Source: Deltaproteobacteria bacterium
GTDB taxonomy: Bacteria > JAEEML01
Direction: 5' to 3'
NCBI GenBank assembly: GCA_016283195.1
Contig: JAEEML010000133.1
Coordinates: forward strand, 1 to 39,517
Length of the DNA stretch: 39,517 nt
The translations under genes and the position numbers were made by a program. The notes below the pieces were generated by a model, which was not told the origin of the DNA, did not search any database, and saw only the letters and a list, made by a program, of their open reading frames with translations. Shown here piece by piece: positions 1-9,700 of this stretch (within the stretch, counting starts at the first letter, position 1; each line of letters begins with the position of its first letter).

Positions 1-545
1 AAAATACCGCCATCTAAAAGCAGCTCTATTTGGTGGCCAAAATCATCGGCTATTTCATCTGGATCTTCATAAGAAGCTTTGGGTGTTACAGTCACCCGCT
101 CAGTTTTGGCCACGGTGGTGGTGATGAGCGGATGGCCCAGCTCCTTCACCAGGGATAAAATGGCCTGGTTGTCCGGCACTCTTATACCCACGGTTTTGGA
201 TTTGGTCATCACGAGGCGCGGCACCTCTTTGGAAGCCGGGAGCACAAAGGTATAAGGACCTGGCAGATATTGGCGCAAAATGCGGTAGTGAATATTATCC
301 ACCTGGGCATAAGCGGCGATATCAGCAATATCTGAGCAGATAAAACTCAGGCGCTGCTTAGGATCCATGCCCTTTATCTGATAAATGCGCTCAATGGACT
401 TTTTTTGAAAGAGGTCGCAGCCGAGGCCGTAAGTGGTGTCGGTAGGATAGACAGCCACTCCGCCATCGGCCAGAATCTGCGCCGCCCGCTCAATGTGGCG
501 CGGCTGCGGATGTTCCATGTTGATTTTTAAACGGAGCATATTCAT
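1..545 (-). CDS. yciO: Sua5/YciO/YrdC family protein (L-threonylcarbamoyladenylate synthase, YciO-like); runs off the window edge
   Basis: Not in the ORF track. Hand translation from ATG 545 gives MNMLRLKINMEHPQPRHIERAAQILADGGVAVYPTDTTYGLGCD...YLPGPYTFVLPASKEVPR...KTVGIRVPDN...LLLDGG, with the PTDTxYGL, PGPYT and GIRVP motifs. No stop before position 1. Confidence 0.9.
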   Translation of the reverse strand, partial: MNMLRLKINMEHPQPRHIERAAQILADGGVAVYPTDTTYGLGCDLFQKKSIERIYQIKGMDPKQRLSFICSDIADIAAYAQVDNIHYRILRQYLPGPYTFVLPASKEVPRLVMTKSKTVGIRVPDNQAILSLVKELGHPLITTTVAKTERVTVTPKASYEDPDEIADDFGHQIELLLDGGI

Positions 546-564
546 GGTAAATCCCCAAAAAAAC

Positions 565-2298
565 TTAGATTTTAGCGAGCTCTGCCTGGTGCTCGGCTAT
601 GAGCTTTGCCAGGCGCTCTTTAGTTGTGGCGGTGATTTTGACAAAATCATCACTAGGAGCTACTGGCGTCACTACTTCATAATAGCATTTAACTTTGGGC
701 TCGGTGCCGGAGGGGCGGATGATAACGCGGCTGCCATCGGAGAGCTCAAAGACTAAAACATCGCTCACCGGGAAATCGAGCGGGCTCTTTTGGCCATCTT
801 TGGTGGTGCGCACTTGGTTTTGAATATCGTTTACAGCCACCACCTCCTGGCCGGCGATGGTTTTGGGCATATTAGCTCTTAGGCGGCTGCCGATGGAGGG
901 GCCGGCCATCATTTCCGGAGTTAGAGCCAAACTCTTTTGCCCGCCGAGGTGCAGGCCCACTTCGCGGCAGAGCTCTTCCCATTTATCCATAACGCTCTTG
1001 CCAGCTGCTTTGAGTTCGGCAGCCATCATGGAAAAAGCGCAAAGGGCGGAGATGCCGTCTTTATCGCGCACTAATGTGCCGATAGTGTAGCCCAGAGCCT
1101 CTTCGTAGCCAAAGATGAACTCTTTGCCTTCGGCTTCATATTTCATGCCCACATTGGTGATCCATTTAAAGCCGGTGAGCGATTCATAATGGTGCACACC
1201 GCGCTTTTTGGCAATAGCGCCCAGCATGCGTGAAGATACTAGGCTGTTGCCCATGGTGCGCTCGCCTTTACTGCTCTCGATAGTCCAGTTGCCGAGGAGC
1301 GCGCCCACCATGTCGCCGGTGAGCATTTGATATTCACCGGCGCCCACCTTTACGGCTACTGCTAGGCGGTCGGCATCAGGGTCATTGGCTATGGCTATAT
1401 CGGCATCGATTTCTTTGGCTTTAGCTAAGAGCAAATCGGTGGCCCCCGGCTCTTCCGGGTTAGGGAATTTCACGGTAGGGAAGTCGCCGTCGGGCTTTTC
1501 CTGCGAGGCCACGATGTGGGCGTTTACAAAGCCGGCCCGTTTAAAAACCTGCATGGCAATTTTGGCACCCACGCCGTGCATGGGAGTGTAAGCGATTTTT
1601 AAATCGCGATAAATGGCTTTGGGAGCAGCCTTGCAGAGTTTCATAACATCTTGAATATATTTCTCTTCTATATCGCCGCCATGAATATGCAAAAGGCCCT
1701 TCTCTATAGCTTCTATTAAATCCATAAAGGGAATTTCTTTGGTGGCGGCTACATCAATAGCGGCAGCAATGCCCTTATCGTGCGGGGGGATAATCTGTGC
1801 ACCGTTGCCCCAATACACTTTATAACCATTATATTGCGGGGGGTTATGGCTGGCGGTTACCATGACTCCAGCTGCGGCACCGCTAGCCAGAACCGTGTAA
1901 GCCAGTAGCGGTGTGGGTTCGGTCATTTGGTAAGTAAAAACATGAAAACCCTTGGCGCAAAAGACAGCAGCGGCATCCTGAGCAAATTCTTCGGAAAAAT
2001 GGCGCCCGTCATAAGCAATGGCAACGCCCTTTTTCTTAGCATCCGGAACTGTTTCGATTAAATAATCGGCCAGACCGGCAGAAGTTTCGCGCACCACCAG
2101 GCGGTTCATACGCATGGGGCCGGCGCCGAAAAAGCCGCGTAAGCCGGCGGTGCCAAATTCCAGGCGCCCGGCAAAGCGTTTTTCAAGTTCGCTCTCATTA
2201 CCTTCAGCCAAAAGCTTTTCGAGTTCGGCTCTTGTCCAATCTTCGGGGTCACGGGAGATCCACTTTTGAACTTTTTCTTTCAGCGCTTCACTAATCAT
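565..2298 (-). CDS. pgm: Phospho-sugar mutase (phosphoglucomutase/phosphomannomutase)
   Basis: FGTAGLRG, phosphoserine loop TASHNP, metal loop DPDADR, GYEEALG and C-terminal RPSGTEPKVK. GGAGG RBS upstream. Confidence 0.93.
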   Translation of the reverse strand: MISEALKEKVQKWISRDPEDWTRAELEKLLAEGNESELEKRFAGRLEFGTAGLRGFFGAGPMRMNRLVVRETSAGLADYLIETVPDAKKKGVAIAYDGRHFSEEFAQDAAAVFCAKGFHVFTYQMTEPTPLLAYTVLASGAAAGVMVTASHNPPQYNGYKVYWGNGAQIIPPHDKGIAAAIDVAATKEIPFMDLIEAIEKGLLHIHGGDIEEKYIQDVMKLCKAAPKAIYRDLKIAYTPMHGVGAKIAMQVFKRAGFVNAHIVASQEKPDGDFPTVKFPNPEEPGATDLLLAKAKEIDADIAIANDPDADRLAVAVKVGAGEYQMLTGDMVGALLGNWTIESSKGERTMGNSLVSSRMLGAIAKKRGVHHYESLTGFKWITNVGMKYEAEGKEFIFGYEEALGYTIGTLVRDKDGISALCAFSMMAAELKAAGKSVMDKWEELCREVGLHLGGQKSLALTPEMMAGPSIGSRLRANMPKTIAGQEVVAVNDIQNQVRTTKDGQKSPLDFPVSDVLVFELSDGSRVIIRPSGTEPKVKCYYEVVTPVAPSDDFVKITATTKERLAKLIAEHQAELAKI

Positions 2299-2403
2299 GC
2301 ATTCCTCCAGTTGTGTTTTAGACAGTTAAAACGAACCGCTAGGCGCTTTTACCATGACTAGCGCTCGTTAGTATAGAAAAAAATGCTAAGAAATAATTTG
2401 CTT

Positions 2404-2997
2404 TTAAGCCGATAATTTTATGAGCCCGGAAATGAGCGAGAGGGCGGGAAGACCAATAATTCCGCTGTAATCTCCGCCTTTTATCTCCGAAAAAAGCCCC
2501 AGCCCGGCACTTTCTATTTTGTATGAGCCGGCGCAGTCTAGGGGGAAATCGCAACTTAAATATTCCTGTAATTGCTCTTTATTAAAGGTGCGCATGGTGA
2601 GTTCATATATATCGGTAGTAATAATTTCGCTACCGCTATCGGCATCTATCAGGCAGAGAGCAGTGATGAGGCGGTGCGTCTGGCCGTTTAACATCATAAG
2701 CTGGGTGAGAGCTTTCTCAAAACTGCCCGGTTTTTCCAGCAGCTTGCCCTGAAATTCGCCGGCCTGGTCGCAGCCGATGATGATATGGCCGGGATAGTCA
2801 GCTTTGAGGCTCTTTGCTTTGCCCCGGGCCATGGCTTTGGTGAGCTCGGCTGGTGCTAGATTAAGTGAATGATTTTCTTCATATTTTGGCTTTATGGCTT
2901 TATATGATAAACCAAGCTGATCCATTATTTTTCGCCGGTAAGCCGAGGTTGAAGCCAAAATCAGGGGCTTTTTTAATGTGAGAGGAAAGGAGTTCAT
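2404..2997 (-). CDS. maf: Maf family nucleotide pyrophosphatase, YceF-type (m7GTP)
   Basis: LILASTSAYRR, IIGCDQ (Q as in YceF), EKPG, CAGSYKIE and IIGLP motifs. Overlaps the trmD stop by 4 bp. Confidence 0.9.
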   Translation of the reverse strand: MNSFPLTLKKPLILASTSAYRRKIMDQLGLSYKAIKPKYEENHSLNLAPAELTKAMARGKAKSLKADYPGHIIIGCDQAGEFQGKLLEKPGSFEKALTQLMMLNGQTHRLITALCLIDADSGSEIITTDIYELTMRTFNKEQLQEYLSCDFPLDCAGSYKIESAGLGLFSEIKGGDYSGIIGLPALSLISGLIKLSA

Positions 2998-3728
2998 ACC
3001 GGGTCACCTTTAGTCAGTAGTTTTAATTCTTCGGCGCTTAAGGGCTCTTCTGTTATCAAATCCGGGCGCCTTTCCATAGTTTTTAAAAGGGCTCTACGGC
3101 GGCGCCAGGCGGCTATTTTTTCATGATGGCCGGAGAGCAGCACTTCGGGCACGCCGTATTTGCCTAGGCGTTCCGGGCGGGTATATTGCGGATATTCCAG
3201 GCGGGCATGGCTGTGCGACTCCTCTTCCAACGATTCGCTATTGCCCAAAACGCCGGGCAACTGGCGGATGACGGCATCCATTAGCACCATGGCGCCGTAT
3301 TCTCCGCCGGTCAGCACATAGTCGCCGATGGATATTTCCATATCCACAAAATGGCGCACTCTTTCATCGAAACCTTCGTAGCGCCCGCAGAGCAAAACGA
3401 GGCGCTCATGACTAGAAAGCTCGCGCACGCGTTTTTGTTTTAAGAGTTCGCCCTGGGGGGTGAGCATAATCACTGTGCTTTTTAGGGAACTGGCCGCCCT
3501 GGCATCGTTAATGGCTTTTACTGTGAGCTCCGGTCTTAGCACCATGCCGGCGCCGCCGCCGTAAGGCGTGTCATCCACAGATTGGTGCACGCCGTAGCCG
3601 TAATCGCGCAGATTTCTAAAAGATATTTTGGCCTTACCGCTCTCTATAGCTCGGCCGGTGAGGCCGGCATCAGGCGAAATAAATGAAGAAAAAATATTAG
3701 GGAAGAGGGTGATTATCTCTATTTCCAT
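2994..3728 (-). CDS. trmD: tRNA (guanine37-N1)-methyltransferase TrmD
   Basis: IITLFP, VDDTPYGGGAGMV, LLCGRYEGFDER, SIGDYVLTGGE and EYPQYTRP...VPEVLLSGHH. Confidence 0.98.
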   Translation of the reverse strand: MEIEIITLFPNIFSSFISPDAGLTGRAIESGKAKISFRNLRDYGYGVHQSVDDTPYGGGAGMVLRPELTVKAINDARAASSLKSTVIMLTPQGELLKQKRVRELSSHERLVLLCGRYEGFDERVRHFVDMEISIGDYVLTGGEYGAMVLMDAVIRQLPGVLGNSESLEEESHSHARLEYPQYTRPERLGKYGVPEVLLSGHHEKIAAWRRRRALLKTMERRPDLITEEPLSAEELKLLTKGDPV

Positions 3729-3919
3729 TATGCACCTTGCGGCAGGTGGCGCTTAATTTAACCGGCCCCGGCTCGCCGCCCCATAGCTAACACGCTTTAA
3801 AGGTGACTAAAAGTCCTTTTATTTTGCTTTTAATTTAGGGCTCATAAAAAAGAGCTCTTGACGCCCCGCTATAAGATAAAGGAAAAGAAAAAAGGGCAGG
3901 GTGCCCGAAGGAGATAAAG

Positions 3920-4669
3920 ATGCAAGTTGAGTATCATGCATGGCAAAGCGACCACCTTGGCCGCTGGATGGAATTAAAAACTTTTGGGAATCGCGGCGTG
4001 CCGTTTATTGTCTTTCCCTGTTCACGCGGGCGTTTCTACGATTACGAGAGCTTCCACATGGTGGATGCCATCAGCCAGTTTATTGAGCGCGGCTCTATTA
4101 TGCTGGTATGCGTTGACAGCTTGGACGAAGAGACATGGTACAATTTTGGCGTGGATCCCGGTGCCCGTAACTGGCGCTATGAACAATGGGATCAATATCT
4201 AACGGCCGAGGTGGTGCCTTTTATTCGCGATCACTTCCCCGAGGCTGCTTATAATCCCATGACCACCGGCAACAGCATGGGTGCTTATCACGCAGTGAAT
4301 ATCTTTTTAAAACACCCGGATATCTTTGCCGGCACCATTGCTCTTTCCGGCCTTTATACTTTGCAGCGTGATGAATTTGGTCTCGCTGGCCAGGATATTT
4401 CACCGGTTTATTTTAATTCGCCCATTAATTATCTTGAAAACCTCAGCGATAGTTTCTTTATCGACTTATACCGCCAGCGCGATATTATTGTCTGCACTGG
4501 CCAGGGCGCTTGGGAAGAAGCTTCGGTGGAAGATGCTCGGGCTCTCGATAATCATTTCCGTCGCCTTGGTGTTCCGGCCTGGGTTGATTACTGGGGCTAT
4601 GATGTCAATCACGACTGGCCCTGGTGGTTTAGACAGATGAATTACTTTTTGCACTGTCTGTTTGGCTAA
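3920..4669 (+). CDS. Alpha/beta hydrolase, putative esterase family
   Basis: Nucleophile elbow GNSMG, GQGAWE segment and C-terminal HDWPWW. AAGGAG RBS upstream. Confidence 0.88.
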   Translation: MQVEYHAWQSDHLGRWMELKTFGNRGVPFIVFPCSRGRFYDYESFHMVDAISQFIERGSIMLVCVDSLDEETWYNFGVDPGARNWRYEQWDQYLTAEVVPFIRDHFPEAAYNPMTTGNSMGAYHAVNIFLKHPDIFAGTIALSGLYTLQRDEFGLAGQDISPVYFNSPINYLENLSDSFFIDLYRQRDIIVCTGQGAWEEASVEDARALDNHFRRLGVPAWVDYWGYDVNHDWPWWFRQMNYFLHCLFG

Positions 4670-4775
4670 TTATCTGTAATCTTTCGCTATTAAAATCAGC
4701 TTGGAATTTTTTCTGCGTAATTGCAAATTTGCCGCTGGTGGGGAATATAAAAGTGTTCTCTAAGCTGGCACCTAA

Positions 4776-4784
4776 TGCTATAGT
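4776..4784 (+). promoter_or_regulatory. Candidate extended -10 promoter for the PKS-NRPS operon
   Basis: TG-C-TATAGT at 4776-4784, about 30 nt upstream of the TTG start. GGAGG RBS at 4801-4805. The -35 match is weak (TTCTCT). Confidence 0.35.
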
Positions 4785-4814
4785 GCGCTGGGCGCTTGGG
4801 GGAGGGAAAGCAGA

Positions 4815-6740
4815 TTGGAAGCAAATAAGCAAATCGCGGTTATTGGTATGGGTCTGCGCTTTCCTGGAGCCAGCTCGCCGGGGGAGTTTTGGGATCTTCT
4901 GATAAGCGGGCGAGATGTGCAGCAAGATTTGCCAAAATCGCGCTGGGATAACAGTGAATTTTATAATAAAAAAAATCCTTCTTACGGTCTGATTTGCTGT
5001 GAACGTGGCTATTTTTTAACAGATTATTCTGGTTTTAACCCCACTTTATTTAATATTAAACCCAATGTGGCTAAAAAGATGGACCCCCACCAATGGCTGG
5101 TACTGGATACTGCGCGCGATGCCATACTTGATGCCGGAATATCAGCTGAATTATTACCAAAGCGCACGGCAGTTTTTGTTGGGGCCAGTAGTTCAGATAG
5201 TTATTCCCAAGTAGCGTTGGATGCTGTCGAAGACTATACTCCGCATACAAGTTTTGCTTGTGATCAAAGCCAATTGGCCGCTAATGTCGCTCGGTGTTTT
5301 GATTTGCGCGGACCAGTATTTACCATTAATTCAGCCTGCTCATCGGCATTGCATTCCATAATTTTGGCAAGTAACGCTCTTCTTGCCAGTGATTGTACTA
5401 TGGCTCTTGCCGGTGGAGTTCATCTCTACTTGAATCCCACGTCGGCTATTCTTCGCAGTAGAACAGGCATTTTATCGCCCGATGGATACTGCCGCACATT
5501 TGATGCCAAGGCTAATGGCTATGCTCTTGGTGAAGGAGCAGCTATGGTGCTTTTGGAATCTTTGGAAAATGCTCTTAAAAATAAACATAAAATATATGGC
5601 ATTATTTCCGGATATTATCAAAACCATAACGGTAGTTTGGCAACTATTGGCCAAAGCTCTTCCAAAGCTATTGAGGAGGTAATATTGGGGGCATTGCAGC
5701 ATGCCGGAATAACTGTTAGTGATTTGGCTTTTATGGAGTGTCATGGCACGGCAACAGCTAATGGTGACAGAGCCGAATTAACCGCTTTATCAGCTCTTAC
5801 CAAAGATAGCCACGATAAACAACTCTATCTTACAGCCAATAAAACTCATATTGGCCATTTGGAATCTGCCGCTGGTGTGGCCAGTTTTATCAGTGCTCTC
5901 CTAGCTCTAAATAAAGGAGATATTCCGCCTGTTTTGCACCTGCGACATCCGCATGAAATTTTGCAAAATTGTAAAAATATACAAGTAGTTGCAGAAAAAA
6001 TGCCTTTGCCTGCCGATAAAAAATATGCCGGAGTTAGTGCCTTTGCCATTAATGGTAGCAATGCCCACATTATTTTGGAAAAATATGTAGGTGAGCAAAA
6101 AGCTAATATTTCTTACAAATTATCGGCACCTGGTTATACTAAATACACAATTGGCTGCCCTAAAAAGGTTATTCACCGTATTGCTAATCAAAAAGAATCT
6201 TTGGATAATAACCTGGCAGATAAAATAGCTGATATCTGGGGCAAAAAATTAGGCTTTGCCGATGTTCCCCGCGATGTTACTTTTTTTGAACTTGGCGGCG
6301 ATTCTTTAGAAGTGCAAATGTTACTTTTGGAGTTGGAAGAGAATTATGATCTGCAACTTGATTGGGATACACTTAACAATTATCCCACAGTAAATAGTTT
6401 GGCAGAATATTTGCAAAGTGCTCTTCATACGAAACAAAAGGATTTGCTATTGCTACCGGAGACAGGTGAAAAGTTAACCAGAATACTCTTATTTGTCCTT
6501 GGTGAGATTATAGGCAAAAAAGTTACTCCAGATATGGCTTTTTCCACTTTTAATATGACCGAAAATGCGTATGCTGAATGTCAAAAAATTGTTGAACAAA
6601 TATTTCATATAAACATCGATATTGCTGAGTGGAAAAAGTTTTTAACTATTGATGATTTAAATTGTTTTTTGCTGAATAACATTGCTTCTGAGCAGCTTGA
6701 GCTATATATAAAAACATTTTCTGAGGTGTCTGGTTTATGA
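4815..6740 (+). CDS. AT-less type I PKS module: ketosynthase + ACP + degenerate ACP-like C-terminal domain
   Basis: KS motifs IAVIGMGLRFPG, MDPHQ, SACSSA (Cys), ECHGTAT (His), KTHIGHLESAAG (His) and SAFAINGSNAHIIL. ACP motif FFELGGDSL. No GHSxG acyltransferase domain. TTG start after GGAGG. Confidence 0.9.
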   Translation: MEANKQIAVIGMGLRFPGASSPGEFWDLLISGRDVQQDLPKSRWDNSEFYNKKNPSYGLICCERGYFLTDYSGFNPTLFNIKPNVAKKMDPHQWLVLDTARDAILDAGISAELLPKRTAVFVGASSSDSYSQVALDAVEDYTPHTSFACDQSQLAANVARCFDLRGPVFTINSACSSALHSIILASNALLASDCTMALAGGVHLYLNPTSAILRSRTGILSPDGYCRTFDAKANGYALGEGAAMVLLESLENALKNKHKIYGIISGYYQNHNGSLATIGQSSSKAIEEVILGALQHAGITVSDLAFMECHGTATANGDRAELTALSALTKDSHDKQLYLTANKTHIGHLESAAGVASFISALLALNKGDIPPVLHLRHPHEILQNCKNIQVVAEKMPLPADKKYAGVSAFAINGSNAHIILEKYVGEQKANISYKLSAPGYTKYTIGCPKKVIHRIANQKESLDNNLADKIADIWGKKLGFADVPRDVTFFELGGDSLEVQMLLLELEENYDLQLDWDTLNNYPTVNSLAEYLQSALHTKQKDLLLLPETGEKLTRILLFVLGEIIGKKVTPDMAFSTFNMTENAYAECQKIVEQIFHINIDIAEWKKFLTIDDLNCFLLNNIASEQLELYIKTFSEVSGL

Positions 6741-9700
6741 GTCTCGAAAATCTTACAGAGTTACTCGATAAATACAAAACGTCCTTAGCTGAAAAAAATA
6801 CTATGTCGCCGCAGCTTTTTCCGGCAACTCCACAGCAAAAGGCCATTTGGGCCATAGAGCAATATCAAGATAAGCATTCACTTTATTTGGCACGGCGTTT
6901 TGTGGTTACCGGCCATTTTGCTGCAAATGAACTTGAAAAGCTATGTCTGACAATCATACATGAAGAACCGATTCTTCGCACTGTTTTTACTTATAAAAAC
7001 GGGGTATTATATCAATATGTGAGTTCCGATTTTAATTTTTCCGTTACGCATAAAGTTTTTGAAAATAATGCTGAAGTTACCAGCTATTGGAATTTTTTTC
7101 GAGAGCAAAAGGCCAATTTATTTCAGGGACCACTTTGGGAAATAGCACTTATAGATTGTGTCGGTGAACAGCAACTTTTTTTTAAATTACATCATATAAT
7201 TGGAGATGCCTATTCTGCACATTATTTTATTAAAAGATTGGCAGAAATAGCGGAAGGTGTACCGCCCAAAAAACATAAATCAACATATTTTGATTATGCC
7301 AAAGAGTTAAATAGTAAAAAGAGTCTTTTAGAAAAAAAAAGTTATGAAGTTTTAAATTCCGTAATTGCCAGAGAGCCATTGGTATTACCTTTTGCTCACG
7401 ATGCAGCAAATAATATATCCCTAAAGAGATATGCGTTTAAGTGGAATAATAATTTAATTCTATCTCTCAGGCGTTTGGCCAGAGAAAGTTCTGCTACGCT
7501 TAGTGCTCTTTATTTAGCTGCCTGGTCAATGCTGCTAGCCAGAATTTCTGGACAAAATAAGTTTGCGATATCAATGAATTATCATGGCAGATATGATAAA
7601 AGCTATGCTCAGACCTTGGGCGTTTTTACTACGCTTTTGCCACTTCTCATTGATTATGATGATATGCCAATAGCGGCTTTTTTTAAAAAAATATGCTCCT
7701 TGCAAAGTGAGGCAGAAAATAAAGCTATTTCTATTGATATGTTATTGGAATTGGCGGAAAAGCAGGAAGAATTAAATGTTTTACAACGTGTCTCAAGTAT
7801 AGATTTTAATATTATTTTAGGTAATACATCAAAATTTAAAATAGCATCTCACATGCTGACAGCTATTGCCGAAGAAGAATTAATAGATGCTATTTCATTG
7901 GGATTACAGCTTTTACCGCAGAGCGATGAATCTCTTGTGCTTTCACTCGTTTATGATGCCAATGCTTACTGCGAAAAACATATTACATACATTGCCGAGC
8001 TGTTGACTTCTATAGTCAAAGAGTTGCCTATAGCGCAATCAACAGGTGATATACTTACGCAAAATCTACCTGTTTTGCCATCTTATACTCCGCATCCTAC
8101 CATAGTGGAGCTTATTGCCAGGCAAGTGGAAAAATCACCGGATAGTGTGGCTCTTATCCATGGAAATTTTTGTGTAACTTACCGTGAACTTTGGGATAAG
8201 GCCACTATTTGGGCTGAGAGACTCTGGCAATTGGGAGCTCGTCCCCAAGGTCTTGTGGTAACATTCAGAGCGGTGGATATAGAGCAAGTGGCTATAATTT
8301 TGGCTATTTGGCGATTAGGAGCTTATTATTTACCGCTAGATTTTTATAACCAGCGGCCACTTCTTGCTGAGCTTGATTTTTTAGGTGAACCATTTGTGTT
8401 AATAAATAACGAAGATGTTTTACCGAATATAACTACATATACACATGAGGAAAATTGGCCAAAACCTAGTGATAAGGCATACTTAATTTATACTTCCGGC
8501 AGTACCGGAAAACCAAAAGCGGCTATTAATACCCACATGGGGCTTTCAGCTCAAATAATCGGCAAGTGCGAACGGCTTGGTTTAACTGGCCAAGATAATA
8601 TGGCATTTTCGTCTTCTTTGGCTTTTGATGTAACTTTTTTTCAATTATTTTCTGAGCTTACCATTGGCGGTCGAGTTACTATTCTGGAACATGCTACGCC
8701 AATTTTTGACCCCAATGCCTTATTATCGGAAATTATAACTTATGCAGTTACTGTTTTGCCTCTGGTTCCCAGCCAATTAGAAATACTTTGTATAAGAGGA
8801 AGCCATGAACTTTGGCAAAAAATAAAGCTAAAAATTCTAATACTTTCTGGTGAACGCTTTCCTACTTATTTGGCTAAAAAATGGCGTAATCTGTACCATC
8901 ACGGGGTTATATGGAATTTTTATGGTGTTACCGAGTGTAGTGATGATGTATCGGCGCAGCTAATAGATGAAAACATACTTACCAATTGGAGACATGATAC
9001 TTTACCGGCCGGTACGCCATTTAGAGATGCCTATGTTGATGTAGTTGATAATTGCCATCGACTTTTAAAACCGCTTTGTCCTGGAGAAATCTTGATTCGC
9101 GGTCCATTTGTCGGCCTTGGCTATCAAAATGATCCCCAACGTACGGCCTTATCTTTTAAGAAAGAAGGCTATTATACAGGCGATATTGGTTATAAAGATT
9201 TAGATGGTAATCTTGTTTATATGGGGCGGGGTGACAGTTTAGTAAAATTCCGTGGTTATCGCGTAGAACTTGCTGAAATAGAAAGAGCTTTGCAAAATCA
9301 GGAAGGGGTTTTTCTGGCGGCTGTTTCTCTTGTGAAATATGGTAATGAACAATTTATTCGGGCACATTTAGTGCCACAGAATGGGATAAAGCTTAACGCT
9401 ACTGTAATCATAAAAGGTCTTTTGACAGTTCTCCCCAATTATATGTTGCCCAAAGAGCTTATTTCTTGTCCAACTCTGCCTTACCTCCCCAGTGGCAAGC
9501 TTGATCGCCAAGCATTGGCTACTTGGCCCGGCGAAAAACTGGCCATTGCCAGTGGTAGGGCTCCGCAAGGGGAGGTTGAAAAAAAACTTGCTGATATTTT
9601 TAAAGAAATTCTGCACCTTGACAGCGAAATAGATGCCGAAGCCTCCTTTCTGGAGCTTGGGGGCTCATCGCTCTCGATGCTGGAGCTTAAAAACCGCTTG

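Noticed and set aside
4766-4778. TGGCAC...TGC as a sigma54 promoter for the PKS
   Set aside because: The GG-to-GC spacing is 2 bp shorter than the strict -24/-12 requirement.
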